Of a stretch of DNA of 64,000 bases, positions 48,848 through 60,000 are shown one piece after another. This DNA is from Dehalococcoidia bacterium. GTDB taxonomy: Bacteria > Chloroflexota > Dehalococcoidia > Lucifugimonadales > UBA1127. The first letter of the stretch is position 1, and each line of letters begins with the position of its first letter. The notes under the pieces are model-generated. The model worked only from the letters and a program-made list of their open reading frames with translations. It did no database searches and was not told where the DNA came from. The position numbers and the translations under genes are program-made. The stretch lies in assembly GCA_965217675.1 (NCBI GenBank), contig OZ244559.1:2756355-2820354 (forward strand). The letters are read 5' to 3'.

Positions 48848-49342
48848 CTAGACACCTTCAGGTGGCCAAACATAGGCATAGCCCCCAGGTCGGCTGCGGT
48901 TGGTGGACAGGGGCCTGCCGTCACTTTTCTTTATCAGCTTGTCTACGCTGAACGGTTCAGCAAGTTTTTCAAATTCGAGGATGCTAATGAGATTGACGCT
49001 GACACCTCCATCGCTTGCCTTGTTGACCAATCCCCCTTCGTCGGGCTGGTAACGATCCAGAGCGTCGGTGAGCTCTTTTCGGCGCACTTCGCCAAGATGC
49101 CTCTTGTCCTCCCAACCCACAATTTCGGCCTTGTAGCTCACTGACTTGAGGTCGTCCGACGTGGACATATAGAGCGGCACACGCAGACTCTCGGACGGCG
49201 GGTCCTTCTGGAGTCCCCCAATGGGAGAACCGCTGTGCGGCTGAAGGTAGTAGATACGATCGGGTTCCCTGGCCAGCGCCTCAAGAATCTCTTCCAAGAC
49301 ATTGCGGAAGACGCCGTTGATGAATAGCGCATATGCGCACAT
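48848..49342 (-). CDS. Hypothetical protein
   Basis: 164 aa, lower GC, downstream of the cyclodeaminase gene; YMSTSDDL..VSYKAEIVGW. Confidence 0.65.
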   Translation of the reverse strand: MCAYALFINGVFRNVLEEILEALAREPDRIYYLQPHSGSPIGGLQKDPPSESLRVPLYMSTSDDLKSVSYKAEIVGWEDKRHLGEVRRKELTDALDRYQPDEGGLVNKASDGGVSVNLISILEFEKLAEPFSVDKLIKKSDGRPLSTNRSRPGGYAYVWPPEGV

Positions 49343-49414
49343 GGGCTTTCCCCTATACGTGAATTGGAGCGCCGCTGGAGTTCGGCGGATACCCTGGAAC
49401 CCAGATGGCACGCT

Positions 49415-50383
49415 CTACATCGCGAGCTCGTTGCCCATGCCGCGCTCGATGGCCTTGCGGTAGACGATGGCTGCCGCGGCGAGGTCCTCCGTGCCGACGC
49501 CCAGGGCGTTGAACTGCGTGATGGCTTCCGCGGAGGGTCGTCCGGAGGCCTTGCCCGTTACGACGTCAGCCAGCCCGACGGCGCGGGACCAGTCGAAGGC
49601 ATCCTCGGCCGCTGCGGCGATGAGCTCGCCGCTGTCATTCTTCGACTGCTCGAGGTTCTCGACGACGACCAGGTCGGAGCGGCGGACGGCCTCGACGTCA
49701 AGCTCGCGGCGGCTGGTGCCCGTCGCGCCGATGCCGTTGACGTGCATGCCGGCGGAGAGCCATTCGCCCTGCATGACCGGCTCGTTGGCGCCGGTGATGG
49801 TGACCAGGATGTCGACGTCCCGCACGGCCTCCTCGGCGGAATCGACGGGGTCGACGTCCAGTCCGTGCTTTTCGCGCATCTCGGCGCTGAATGCCTCGCG
49901 GTTCTCGGCGGAGCGGCTGTAGGCCTTCACGTGGCTGATGTTGCGCACGACGTTCATGGCGGCGATCTGCGACCGCGCCTCCCAGCCGGAGCCGATGATG
50001 CCCAGCGTTGTCGCGTCCTCGCGGGCCATGTACCTGGTGGCGAGGCCGCTGACGGCGCCCGTGCGGATCTGCCCGAGGTCCCGCGCCTCAACGATGGCGT
50101 CGAGCCCGCCGGTCTCCAGGCTGTAGAGCAGCACCAGGTAGCGGGTGCGATTGGGCGCGTTGGGCCGGCGGTCGCTGCCGTAGGTCTTCATGCCGTAGAC
50201 GCCGAAGCCGTGGGCGATGCCCTGCACCGTGCGGTGCATGCCGACGGGCAGGGGCAGGTGCTGTCGGGGCAGGTTGACGGCCTTGCCGTCGGCCTCGTCG
50301 TGGAAGACCTGCTCCATGAGGGCGATGCACTCGTCCATGGGCAGCAGGGTGCGAACGTCGTCGTTGCTCAGGTAGATGGTCAT
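49415..50383 (-). CDS. Ornithine cyclodeaminase/mu-crystallin family
   Basis: IRTGAVSG, GIIGSGWEA, HVNGIG, RRELD, GVGTEDLAAA. Confidence 0.9.
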   Translation of the reverse strand: MTIYLSNDDVRTLLPMDECIALMEQVFHDEADGKAVNLPRQHLPLPVGMHRTVQGIAHGFGVYGMKTYGSDRRPNAPNRTRYLVLLYSLETGGLDAIVEARDLGQIRTGAVSGLATRYMAREDATTLGIIGSGWEARSQIAAMNVVRNISHVKAYSRSAENREAFSAEMREKHGLDVDPVDSAEEAVRDVDILVTITGANEPVMQGEWLSAGMHVNGIGATGTSRRELDVEAVRRSDLVVVENLEQSKNDSGELIAAAAEDAFDWSRAVGLADVVTGKASGRPSAEAITQFNALGVGTEDLAAAAIVYRKAIERGMGNELAM

Positions 50384-50612
50384 GGTGCGCTCCAAAGCGA
50401 GAGTTCAGCGTCTTGTGGGCGATGCCCAGTATAGGGTTCGGCAGGGAGCGCCGCAATTGACGGCGATTGCGGGAGCGGCTCAGTCGGGGGGACGCGAGGA
50501 ATGCGGTCGAAGGGTCGAACTCACCATGCGTATGGCCTCTTGCAGCCGCGACGAAGCGTCGAGCGGGGGCCGCGACGAACCGGCGTCCGGTTGCGGGGGA
50601 GCGACGCCGGGG

Positions 50613-50899
50613 CTACAGGCCCTCGACGACTACCATGCTGATGCTCGAGGACGCCTCACGGATCTCGTTGAGGGCGGTGTACTCGGGGGAGTCGAGCCAG
50701 GCGCGGGCCTGCTCGACGCTGACGAATTCCACTAGGGCGATGCGCTTGGGCCCCCAGTCTCCCAGAATGACGTCAACAGTGCCCCACGCGCGACAAATCT
50801 GCCGCCGTGGCCCTCAACCGTAGGGGTCACCTGGTCCACGAACGCCCCGTACACTTCCATGTTGGTTATCACAATCTCGGCTATAGCGTACGCTGCCAT
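50613..50899 (-). pseudogene. DUF1330-family gene with a 1-nt frameshift (absent from the ORF track)
   Basis: MAAYAIAEI...GHGGRFVARG then TVDVILGDWGPKRIALVEF...AWLDSPEY...VVVEGL; 287 nt; shift at the C4 run 50782-50785. Confidence 0.8.
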
Positions 50900-51186
50900 T
50901 GTCCCTGCCTTCCGCCTTCAGAGTCTCCCTGCGCCTTCGTGGCGAACGTCCCCGACGAGCACGTGCTGCCCTGGCGGAGACGTTCGCCGCAGTATACGAA
51001 GCGGATTCCGCCCACGTCAACGCGAGCGGTCCAAGGGGCTGCGAACGGTCGGCCCCGACGAGCGGGCGCGGCCCCCGCCGCCATCTCCCGGACCGCCGGC
51101 GGGCGTGGAGAGGCCCAAGCTATCCAGGTGTGGTATAGTTGGATGGCCGTTTTCCGCATGTTCATTGCAGTTGGGAGGGTACCAAG

Positions 51187-52455
51187 GTGCTGACTCCGGA
51201 AGAAAACAAACTCGTAACGGAAATTGGGCAGGAGACCCCCATGGGGGACCTGTTCCGGCGGTTCTGGGTCCCCGCCTTCCTCTCTCGGGAGTTGGCTGAG
51301 CCCGACGGCACGCCGGCGCGCACGCGGCTGCTGGACGAGCACATCGTCGGCTTCCGCGACACCAGCGGCCGGCTCGGCATCCTGGAGGCCGCATGCCCGC
51401 ACCGCGGCGTCGACCTCTCCTTCGGCATCAACGAAGAGAACGGCCTGCGCTGCTCCCGTTGCGGCTGGAAGTTCGACGTGGAGGGCAACATCACGGACAT
51501 GCCCTTCGAGCCGGACGAAGAAGCGACGGAGATGATGAAGACCATCAGGGCCGTGGCCTACGGTGTGCAGGAATGGGGCGGCATCGTCTGGACGTACATG
51601 GGGCCCAAGGACGAGTCCGCGGATATGCCCCAGTTCGAGTGGGGGCAGCTGCCGCAGGGCCATCGCTTCATCTCCAAGTTCGTGCAGGAGTGCAACTACC
51701 TGCAGGGGCTCGAGGGCGGCATCGACAACTCCCGCGTCACCTTCCTCTTCGACATGCTCTTCGGCGACCTGCCCTCGTTGGAATCGACCGCGGACCGGCT
51801 CATGGAGGGGCTGCAGGAAGACCCGCCGGTGCGCGAGCAGCCCATCCAGACGGTCGCGGTCAAGACGACGGACTACGGCCTGTTGGTGGGCGCCTCCACG
51901 GAGCAGGGCCAGGACCAGAGCGCCTGGCAGCTTAACCAGTGGCTCATGCCCTTCTACACCACGCCCATGCCGGCGGGCGATGGCCTGCTGGGCTGCCTCG
52001 CCTGGGTGCCCGTCGACGACCGCAACACCATGGTCTACGCCATCACCTACCACCCGGACCGTCCGCTGAGCGAGGATGAGATAGCCCAGCGCCGCGCCGG
52101 TTTCGGCAACCACCCCACGCTGGAAGAGGGCACCTACAAGCGGGCCCGCAACAAGGAAAACGACTACCTGATAGAGCGCAAGACCTCAGGCGCCAACCCG
52201 CTGGCCTCCATCTCCAACCAGTTCGAGCTGTCGCTGGTGCTGGAAGAGAGCATGGGCGCCATCGTCGACCGCACCAAGGAGCAGCTGGACGAAAACGACA
52301 TCGCCGTCATGGCGGCCCGCAGGCTGCTGATGAAGGCGGCCATAGACCTGCGAGAGGGCACCGAGCCCGCGGCGGCCCACATGGGGGCGATCTACAACGT
52401 CCGCGCGGCCTCCACCGTCCTCGGCAAGGGCGAAACACTGGAGGACGTGGGGTAG
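51187..52455 (+). CDS. Rieske oxygenase alpha subunit homolog (phthalate 4,5-dioxygenase/LigX-like) with degenerate metal sites
   Basis: TPMGDLFRRFW, FRDTSG, CPHRG...CSRCGWKFD, CNYLQGLEGGID, WVPVDD, ESMGAIVDRTKE. Confidence 0.88.
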   Translation: MLTPEENKLVTEIGQETPMGDLFRRFWVPAFLSRELAEPDGTPARTRLLDEHIVGFRDTSGRLGILEAACPHRGVDLSFGINEENGLRCSRCGWKFDVEGNITDMPFEPDEEATEMMKTIRAVAYGVQEWGGIVWTYMGPKDESADMPQFEWGQLPQGHRFISKFVQECNYLQGLEGGIDNSRVTFLFDMLFGDLPSLESTADRLMEGLQEDPPVREQPIQTVAVKTTDYGLLVGASTEQGQDQSAWQLNQWLMPFYTTPMPAGDGLLGCLAWVPVDDRNTMVYAITYHPDRPLSEDEIAQRRAGFGNHPTLEEGTYKRARNKENDYLIERKTSGANPLASISNQFELSLVLEESMGAIVDRTKEQLDENDIAVMAARRLLMKAAIDLREGTEPAAAHMGAIYNVRAASTVLGKGETLEDVG

Positions 52456-52486
52456 CCTGGGGCGACTGATTGAGTGGTGAGCGCTA

Positions 52487-52696
52487 GTGCACAAACACAG
52501 GGTAGTTATCCACTGGAGCGATGAAGATGACCTCTTCGTCGCTGAGGCGCCGGAATTGCCGTATTGCCTCGCTCACGGAGACACTCCCCAGGCGGCTTTG
52601 GCAGAACTTGCCGTGGCGATGGATCTGTATATCGAGACCCTCCGTGAAACCGGCGAACCGATTCCGGAGCCGAAGACGCGCGTCCCCCTCGAGTAG
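52487..52696 (+). CDS. hicB: HicB-like antitoxin (short form)
   Basis: WSDED..FVAEAPELPYC.AHGDT..AL...GEPIPEP. Confidence 0.85.
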   Translation: MHKHRVVIHWSDEDDLFVAEAPELPYCLAHGDTPQAALAELAVAMDLYIETLRETGEPIPEPKTRVPLE

Positions 52697-52704
52697 CGCT
52701 CCCC

Positions 52705-53850
52705 TCACCCCTCGAGGCGCAGTGCGCCCGCCTCCACCGTGTACGTCGCGACGGCCTCGTGCAGGCCGGGCGGCTCCTCGCCCTCGACCACCGTCACCAG
52801 CGCCTGCTCCGCGCGGCATGCCGCCTCCAGCACGTGCTGTCGACGCTGTCCGTCCAGCTCCGAGAGGACGTCGTCCAGCAGCAGTAGCGGTTCCTCGCCC
52901 AGCACGGACCGCAGGTGGCCCGCCTCCGCCAGCCGAAGCGACAGCGCCGCCGTCCTCACCTGCCCGCGCGACCCAAACTGCCCCACGTCCAGCCCGCCGA
53001 CGGTCAGCCGCAGGTCGTCGCGGTGCGGCCCCACCAGGCTCTGGGCCATCTGCACCTCCCGCTGGCGCCGCTCGGCCAGCAGGCCGATGGCGTGTACCGC
53101 GGCCTCCTCCACCGTCCCGGCGTGGTCGATGCTCGGCGCGTACGCCGCCTCGAAGGGGCCGTCGTCCGCGGCCATGGCGGCATAGGCGTCTGCGCTCCCC
53201 GGCGCGAGCCCGGCGACGGCGTCCCGCCGCCACCCCGTGATCTGCGCCCCCAGCCGGCAAAGCTCGCCGTCCCAGTAGTCCAGCTCCGGCGTGCGGGCCA
53301 GCCCGTCGCGGATGCGCCGCAGGAGTTGGTTCCGTTGCGTGATCACCCGCTGGTACTGCTGGAGCGCGCGCAGGTAGCGGCGATTGGCCTGGGAGAGCAG
53401 CACGTCCAGGTAGCGTCGGCGGTTGGCCGGCGAGCCCGTGACGATGTTGAGGTCGTCCGCCGAGAACAGCACGGCGGCGATGGCCCCCACTGCCTGTCCT
53501 GCGGGCTTGGGAACGCCGTCGACGCGCACGCGCTTCTGGAAGACGAGCGCGCCTCGCTCGCCCGGCGCCAGCGCCATGTCGACCTGCACCTCCACCGGCG
53601 GCCCGGTCCGGCGTGCCGCAGTGCCGGAGACCCGCGTGTACGGTGTCTCCTCCAGCGACGCTAAGCGAATGACGTCGCGCTCCTGCTCCGCGCGGGTGGA
53701 CTTCGTCAGGGCGAGCATCGCCACCGCCTCCAGCAGGTTGCTCTTGCCCTGCGCGTTCCCTCCGCGAAACACCGTCAGCCCCGGTCCGAGGGTCAGCTCC
53801 GTGCCGGGGTAGTTGCGGAAGTTCTTGAGCGCCAGGTGCGTCAGGTGCAT
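52705..53850 (-). CDS. recF: DNA replication/repair protein RecF
   Basis: NFRNY, GGNAQGKSNLLEA, GPHRDDL, SRGQ, LLLDDVLSELD. Confidence 0.95.
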   Translation of the reverse strand: MHLTHLALKNFRNYPGTELTLGPGLTVFRGGNAQGKSNLLEAVAMLALTKSTRAEQERDVIRLASLEETPYTRVSGTAARRTGPPVEVQVDMALAPGERGALVFQKRVRVDGVPKPAGQAVGAIAAVLFSADDLNIVTGSPANRRRYLDVLLSQANRRYLRALQQYQRVITQRNQLLRRIRDGLARTPELDYWDGELCRLGAQITGWRRDAVAGLAPGSADAYAAMAADDGPFEAAYAPSIDHAGTVEEAAVHAIGLLAERRQREVQMAQSLVGPHRDDLRLTVGGLDVGQFGSRGQVRTAALSLRLAEAGHLRSVLGEEPLLLLDDVLSELDGQRRQHVLEAACRAEQALVTVVEGEEPPGLHEAVATYTVEAGALRLEG

Positions 53851-54148
53851 GGCGGATGTACCTGCCTTCAGGCGGCGCGCGCCTGTGTCGTGTGATTGCG
53901 GGTATTCTAGCAGGCGCTTCGCCCACGCTGGGCAAAGCCACGCCACGCTTTTGCGTCGAAATTCGTATTTTCTAGCTGGACTGGGCCCAAAAGGGTGTGC
54001 TATACTGCACCAACCAGTCTTGCGAACGGGCATACTGCGCCCCTTTGGCGTGCTTTGGCCCGCGCAAAATGCCGCTGATGTAACCTTTTCGTAACACACG
54101 TGCGCTAATCCGGTGGACAATGGCAAAAATCGGGATTGGGTGGCGAGA

Positions 54149-56887
54149 ATGACCCTGCGTGATATCGTAAAACAGACCCAGTGGGTGTACTCCTTCGAGC
54201 AGGCGGACGGTAGCCGCCGCGAACTCCTGGGCGGCAAGGGCGCCGGTCTCGCAGACATGACCGCGGCCTCGCTGCCGGTCCCGCCGGGTTTCATCATCAC
54301 GACGGAGGCATGCCGCTCCTACTACGACTCCGGCAAGGTGATGCCGGCCGAGATGTGGGCGCAGGCCCTTGAGTCCCTCGTGGCGCTTGAGCGGGCGACG
54401 GGCCGCTACTTTGGCGCCCCCGCCGACCCGTTGCTCGTCTCCGTGCGCTCCGGCGCACCCGTCTCAATGCCGGGCATGATGGACACCGTCCTCAACCTGG
54501 GGCTCAACCAGGCCGTCGCCAACGGCATCGCACGGCGGACCGGCAACCGCCGTTTTGCGCTCGACCTCTACCGCCGCTTCATCCAGATGTACGGCAACGT
54601 GGTGCTTGGCATTGAGAGCAAGCACTTCGACGCCGTCCTCGACGTGTACCAACAGCAGACCGGCGTCAAGCTCGCCTCTGAGCTGACCCCCGACGTCCTG
54701 CAACAGGTGATCAACGAATTCAAGGAAGTCGTGGTCCGGGTGACGGCAGAGCCCTTCCCGGACACGCCCAAGTACCAGCTCGAGCGCGCCATCCTCGCCG
54801 TTTTCGACAGCTGGGAGACCCGCCGCGCCATCGACTACCGCAACTACAACAAGATCCCCCACGACCTCTACACCGCCGTGTCCGTCGTCACCATGGTCTT
54901 CGGCAACGTGGACGATCGCAGCGGCACCGGCGTGCTCTTCACCCGCGACCCCTCCACCGGCGAGCGCACCCTCTACGGAGAGTACCTCGTCAATGCGCAG
55001 GGCGAGGACGTGGTGGCCGGCATCGCGACGCCGCAGAATATCGCCCAGCTCCAGCACCGGATGCCGGACGTCTACCAGCAACTCGACACCATGGCGAACC
55101 AGTTGGAGCGGCACTACCGGGACTCCCAGGACGTGGAGTTCACCGTCGAGCAGGGCAAGCTCTACCTGTTGCAGACCCGCTCCGCCAAGCGCAGCGCCAA
55201 GGGCGCCATCAAGATGGCCGTCGACATGTACAACGAGGGGCTCATCAGCAAGGACGAAGCCCTGATGCGCGTGGAGCCGGACCAGATTTACCAATTGCTG
55301 CTCCCCCGGCTGGACCAGGGCGCCAAGGAGGCAGCCGCGGAGGCAGGGCAGCTCATCACCGTCGCCATCGGGGCCTCCCCTGGCGGCGCCACCGGCCGCG
55401 TCGTCTTCACCGCCGACGATGCCGCGGAGCAGGGACGCAAGGGCGTGAGCGTCGTGCTGGTGCGCCCGGAGACCAGCCCCGACGACGTCCACGGCCTCAT
55501 CGCGTCCAAGGGTGTGCTCACGTCCCGCGGCGGCGCGACGAGCCACGCAGCCGTCGTGGCCCGCGGCCTTGGCAAGTCATGCGTCGCCGGCGCCGAGCAG
55601 CTTGACGTGCGCCCGGAGGAGGGCGTGATGATCTGCGGCGACATCGTCATCCATGGCGGCGAGGAGATCAGCATCGACGGGGCGACCGGCGAGGTGTTCG
55701 TCGGGCGCATCGCCACCATCGCGCCCTCCATGAGGGACGACGAGGACCTGACGACGCTGCTGGAGTGGGCCGACGAGACCAAGCGCCTCGGCGTTTGGGC
55801 CAACGCCGACTACCCCCGCGACGCCGAGCTCGCCATGACCTTCGGCGCTGAGGGCATCGGCCTCTGCCGCACGGAGCACATGTTCTTCGAGACGGACCGA
55901 CTGGCCCTGGTGCGCGAGTGCATGCTCGCCGCGCACGCCGCCATCATCATCCAGGAGGGAGAGGCCGCCTGGGAGCGTTACCGCAAGTCGCTCACGGAGC
56001 TGGAGGCCCTCCAGATTGCGGACTTCGTGGGCATCCTCCGCGTCATGGCCGGCAAGCCCGTCGTCATTCGCCTCCTGGACCCGCCCATGCACGAGTTCCT
56101 CCCGCCCCGCGACGATCTCTTCGCTGAGGTCATCGAGCTACGCGTAACGGGCGGCGATCCGGACGAGTTGCAGGAGAAGCAGAACCTCCTCTACGCCCTT
56201 GACGAGATGCGGGAGTCCAACCCCATGATCGGCATGCGCGGCTGCCGGCTTGGCCTCATCTTCCCAGAGATCTACATCATGCAGGTGCGCGCCCTCATCC
56301 GGGCCGCCGCACAGGTCGAGGCCGAGGGCATCGCGGTCGCGCCCGAGATCATGATTCCCCTGGTCGCGCACACCAACGAATTCATCCAGTTGCGCGAGAC
56401 CCTGGAGGCGACCATCCGCGAGTTCCAGGAAGCGACGGGCAACACGCGGTCCTACGAAATCGGCACGATGATCGAGATCCCGCGGGCGGCGCTGATCGCC
56501 GACCAGATCGCCGAGTCCGCCGAGTTCTTCAGCTTCGGCACCAACGACCTCACGCAGAACACTTTCGGCTTCAGCCGCGACGACGTCGAGGTCAAGTTCC
56601 TGAAGCGCTACGAGGAGGCGGGCATCCTGGAGGAGAACCCCTTCCAGGTTGTGGACCGTGACGGCGTGGGACAGCTCATCAGCATGGCCTGCAAGCTCGG
56701 CCGCCAGGCGCGTCCCGGCATCTCCATGGGCATCTGCGGCGAGCACGGCGGCGACCCCAAGAGCATCGAATTCTTCCACACGCTGCCGCTGGACTACGTG
56801 AGCTGCTCGCCGTACCGCGTGCCCGTCGCGAGGCTGGCCGCGGCGCGCGCCGCCCTCATCGCGAACGGCGTCGGCAGCGAGGAGTAG
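54149..56887 (+). CDS. ppdK: Pyruvate, phosphate dikinase
   Basis: LLGGKG, VSVRSGA, GEDVV, TSHAAVVARG, GIGLCRTEHM, SFGTNDL, GICGEHGG. Confidence 0.97.
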   Translation: MTLRDIVKQTQWVYSFEQADGSRRELLGGKGAGLADMTAASLPVPPGFIITTEACRSYYDSGKVMPAEMWAQALESLVALERATGRYFGAPADPLLVSVRSGAPVSMPGMMDTVLNLGLNQAVANGIARRTGNRRFALDLYRRFIQMYGNVVLGIESKHFDAVLDVYQQQTGVKLASELTPDVLQQVINEFKEVVVRVTAEPFPDTPKYQLERAILAVFDSWETRRAIDYRNYNKIPHDLYTAVSVVTMVFGNVDDRSGTGVLFTRDPSTGERTLYGEYLVNAQGEDVVAGIATPQNIAQLQHRMPDVYQQLDTMANQLERHYRDSQDVEFTVEQGKLYLLQTRSAKRSAKGAIKMAVDMYNEGLISKDEALMRVEPDQIYQLLLPRLDQGAKEAAAEAGQLITVAIGASPGGATGRVVFTADDAAEQGRKGVSVVLVRPETSPDDVHGLIASKGVLTSRGGATSHAAVVARGLGKSCVAGAEQLDVRPEEGVMICGDIVIHGGEEISIDGATGEVFVGRIATIAPSMRDDEDLTTLLEWADETKRLGVWANADYPRDAELAMTFGAEGIGLCRTEHMFFETDRLALVRECMLAAHAAIIIQEGEAAWERYRKSLTELEALQIADFVGILRVMAGKPVVIRLLDPPMHEFLPPRDDLFAEVIELRVTGGDPDELQEKQNLLYALDEMRESNPMIGMRGCRLGLIFPEIYIMQVRALIRAAAQVEAEGIAVAPEIMIPLVAHTNEFIQLRETLEATIREFQEATGNTRSYEIGTMIEIPRAALIADQIAESAEFFSFGTNDLTQNTFGFSRDDVEVKFLKRYEEAGILEENPFQVVDRDGVGQLISMACKLGRQARPGISMGICGEHGGDPKSIEFFHTLPLDYVSCSPYRVPVARLAAARAALIANGVGSEE

Positions 56888-57037
56888 GGCCCGCGGCCTG
56901 TCGGCTCATCCCCCCACGCAAGCGCGCTGGGATCGATGAGAGCGCAAGGGTTACCTATCGCATTTGAGGCAGCGCCCCGCCGTTCCTCCGTACCGTGCGA
57001 GACGGCTTGGGACTCGACTCAGTCGCGCATGCCCCGC

Positions 57038-60000
57038 CTACGGCCGCGCTAGGCTGAATCTGAGTACGAGCAGGATCAGGACACCCCCTCCAACCACGAG
57101 GGCGATGATGATTACATTCGAGAAGCCGCCCGCTTGCGCCACTTCGACGCGCACAATGGCGGTGTCGCTGGCGGCGCCGTCGCTGACCGTGTAGGCAAAG
57201 ATCCCCTCAGTCGTGTCCGAGCCGTCGTGCTCAAAGACTACTGTCGTGCCCATCAACTGGACCGTGCCGTTAACGGCGTCGCCAACCGCCACGATCTGCA
57301 GCGCGGCGCTGTCAGCGTCGGCGTCATTCGATAGCAATGTCGACGCCTCAATGGAAAGGGCAGTTCCAGCGTCGACTTCGACCGTGTCCGGGGCGGCCAC
57401 CGGTGGGTCGTTGACCGGCGCCACAACGATGTGCGCGACGCCGGCGCCACTGGCGGCCCCGTCACTTACGGTGTAGGAAAATCGCCCCTCCGTGGTCTCT
57501 GAGCCGTCGTGCGCAAAGACTATCGCCGTACCGTCGAGCGAGACCGTGCCGTTGACCGCGCCCTCTACCGTCGCGACGTACAGCCCGTCGCTATCCGCGT
57601 CGCTGTCGTTCAGCAGCATCACTGCCGGCTCTATTGTGACCCTGCCTCCCTCGTCCACCTTGAACGTGTCATCGACAGCTACGGGCGGGTCGTTGACCGG
57701 CGTTACGGCAATGGTCACGACTTGGCTCACGGTGTCGGTCCCGTCGCTGACGGCATACTCGAAGCGGGCCTCGTTCGACTCTGAGCCGTCGTGCTCAAAG
57801 GTCACCGTCGCGCCGTCCTGCGAGACCACGCCGTTGACGGCGCCGCCCACCGAGGTCACGCTCAGGACGTCGTTCTCCGCGTCTACGTCATTCTGGAGCA
57901 GCGTTGCGGTCTCCATCGTGACCGCGCCCCCCTCTGCAACCGCGGCTGTGTCCGGGGCCGTCACCGGCGGCCTGTTCAGCGCGGACACGGCAACGCGTAC
58001 GATCGCCGTGTCGTGGGTGGCGCCGTCGCTGACCGAGTACGTAAAGCTCCCCTCAGCCGTCTCCGACCCGTCGTGCGTGTAGGTTATGGTGGCGCCATCC
58101 AATGTGACAGTGCCGTTGACCGCATCGCTGACCGCTTCGATGCGTAGCGAATCGCTGTCTGGGTCGGTGTCATTTCGGAGCAATGCCTCCGCCTCCAACA
58201 GGACGGAGTCCCCCTCATAGACCAGCGCCCTGTCAGGGATGGCCGTGGGCGGGTCGTTGACCGGTGCGACGGTGACGCGCACGACGCCGGCGCCGTCGAG
58301 GCGGCCGTCGCTTACGACGTACGTAAAGCTTCCCTCAGCCGTCTCAGAGCCGTCGTGCGTGTAGACAATCGTGAGGCCGTCCAGCGCGACCGCTCCATTG
58401 ACCGCGCCGCCGACCTCAGTTACGCGAAGCCTATCGTCCTCTTCGTCGATGTCATTGAGCAACAGCAATGACGACTCGATCGACGCCGATGCCCCCTCGT
58501 CGACCACGACGGTGTCCGGGGCGGCCACGGGAGCGTCATTGACCGGCGTGACGGCGACACGCACGATGGCCGAGTCACTGGCCACGCCGTCGCTAACGGT
58601 GTACGAGAAGCGCCCAGCAATGGTCTCCGAACCGTCGTGCACGTAGGTTATGGTGGCGCCGACCAGCGAGACGCTGCCGTTCGTGGCATCGCCGACCCAC
58701 GTGACCTGGAGCTCGCTGTTGTCGAAGTCGATGTCGTTGAGCAGGAGCGCTGACGCATCCACCGAAACCTCTTCACCCTCATCAACCTCGGCCGTGTCTG
58801 CGGCGGCGATCGGCGGGTCGTTGACCGGCGTCACGTCGATGGGCACGACCCTGGTGATGGAAACGGTCCCACTCTGTGCGGTGTACGTGAAGCTGGCCGT
58901 GAACGTTTCCGACCCGTCATGCTTGAAGGCTATCCTTTTTCCCTCCAGCCAGACCCTGCCGTTGACTGCAACCGCAACCTCAATGTGGCTGGGCGTCGTG
59001 TACGCAAGCTCCGTGTCTTCAAGCAGGTCCGACACCTCAATGAAGATCGTTGCTCCCTCCCTCACTACCGGCGGTGGGCGAGCGCACTCGGGCAAGCTGT
59101 CGTGGGTGAGTTCCAGGTCAAGATTGCGCGACAGATACCAAGGCATACACCCTGTCAGGAAGTTGTTGCTGAGGTCCAGTTCCTCCAGTTTCGCGAGGTC
59201 GGCAAACTCGGCAGGCACGCCGCCGATGAGAAAGTTGTCGTTGAGGCGCAAGAACTGCAGGTCAGTGAGCCCCGCCAACGCCGGCGGAATGATGCCGTTC
59301 AGTGCATTCCTGCCCAGGTCCAGTCCCCTGAGGCTCGGGAGCATGCCGAGACTGGAGGGAATGACCCCGGAAAGCTGATTGCCTTTGAGGCTCATCCATT
59401 CCAAAGCGGGGAGACCCGCAAACGCCGGGGGTATTTCACCCGTCAGGCTGTTGTCATCAAGAACGAGAGTCTGCAGATTCGGCAACTGGCCCAAAGCTTC
59501 AGGAAGGGAGCCGCTGAACCGATTGCCCTCCAGATGCAGATCTCCCAACTGGGTAAGGTTGCCCAGCTCTGCGGGAATAGTTCCGGAGAGGTCATTGTTG
59601 AAGAGGTACAACGTTCTCAGAATCGGGAGACTCCCAAGAGCAGGCGGGATGGCGCCGGTAAGTTGATTGTCGCCCAAGTCCAAGGTTTGCAGTCGGGTTA
59701 GCCCCGAGATCCAGGTGGGGATTTCGCCGGTTAGCTGATTGTCTCTAAGGTGAAGGCCATTCAGCCCGGAGAGTCTTTCCAGTGTGTCCGGGATGCCGCC
59801 GGTCAGCTCGTTGAATTGGAGACTCAGCGTAAAGAGGTCCCGTAGATTGCCCAACTGCGGCGGAATGTTCCCCGTCAGCTCGTTGAAGCCAAGGGCAAGG
59901 CTCTCCAGGTTGCGGAGGTCCTCCAGTTCCGGAGGGATCTCGCCGGTCAAGCTGTTTTGGGAAAGGATCAGAACCGTGAGGCTCTCCATGTAGCCAATCT

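Noticed and set aside
41663-53850. recR, recO and recF within about 12 kb as a dedicated repair cluster
   Set aside because: They are separated by unrelated genes and lie on different strands; no evidence of co-regulation.
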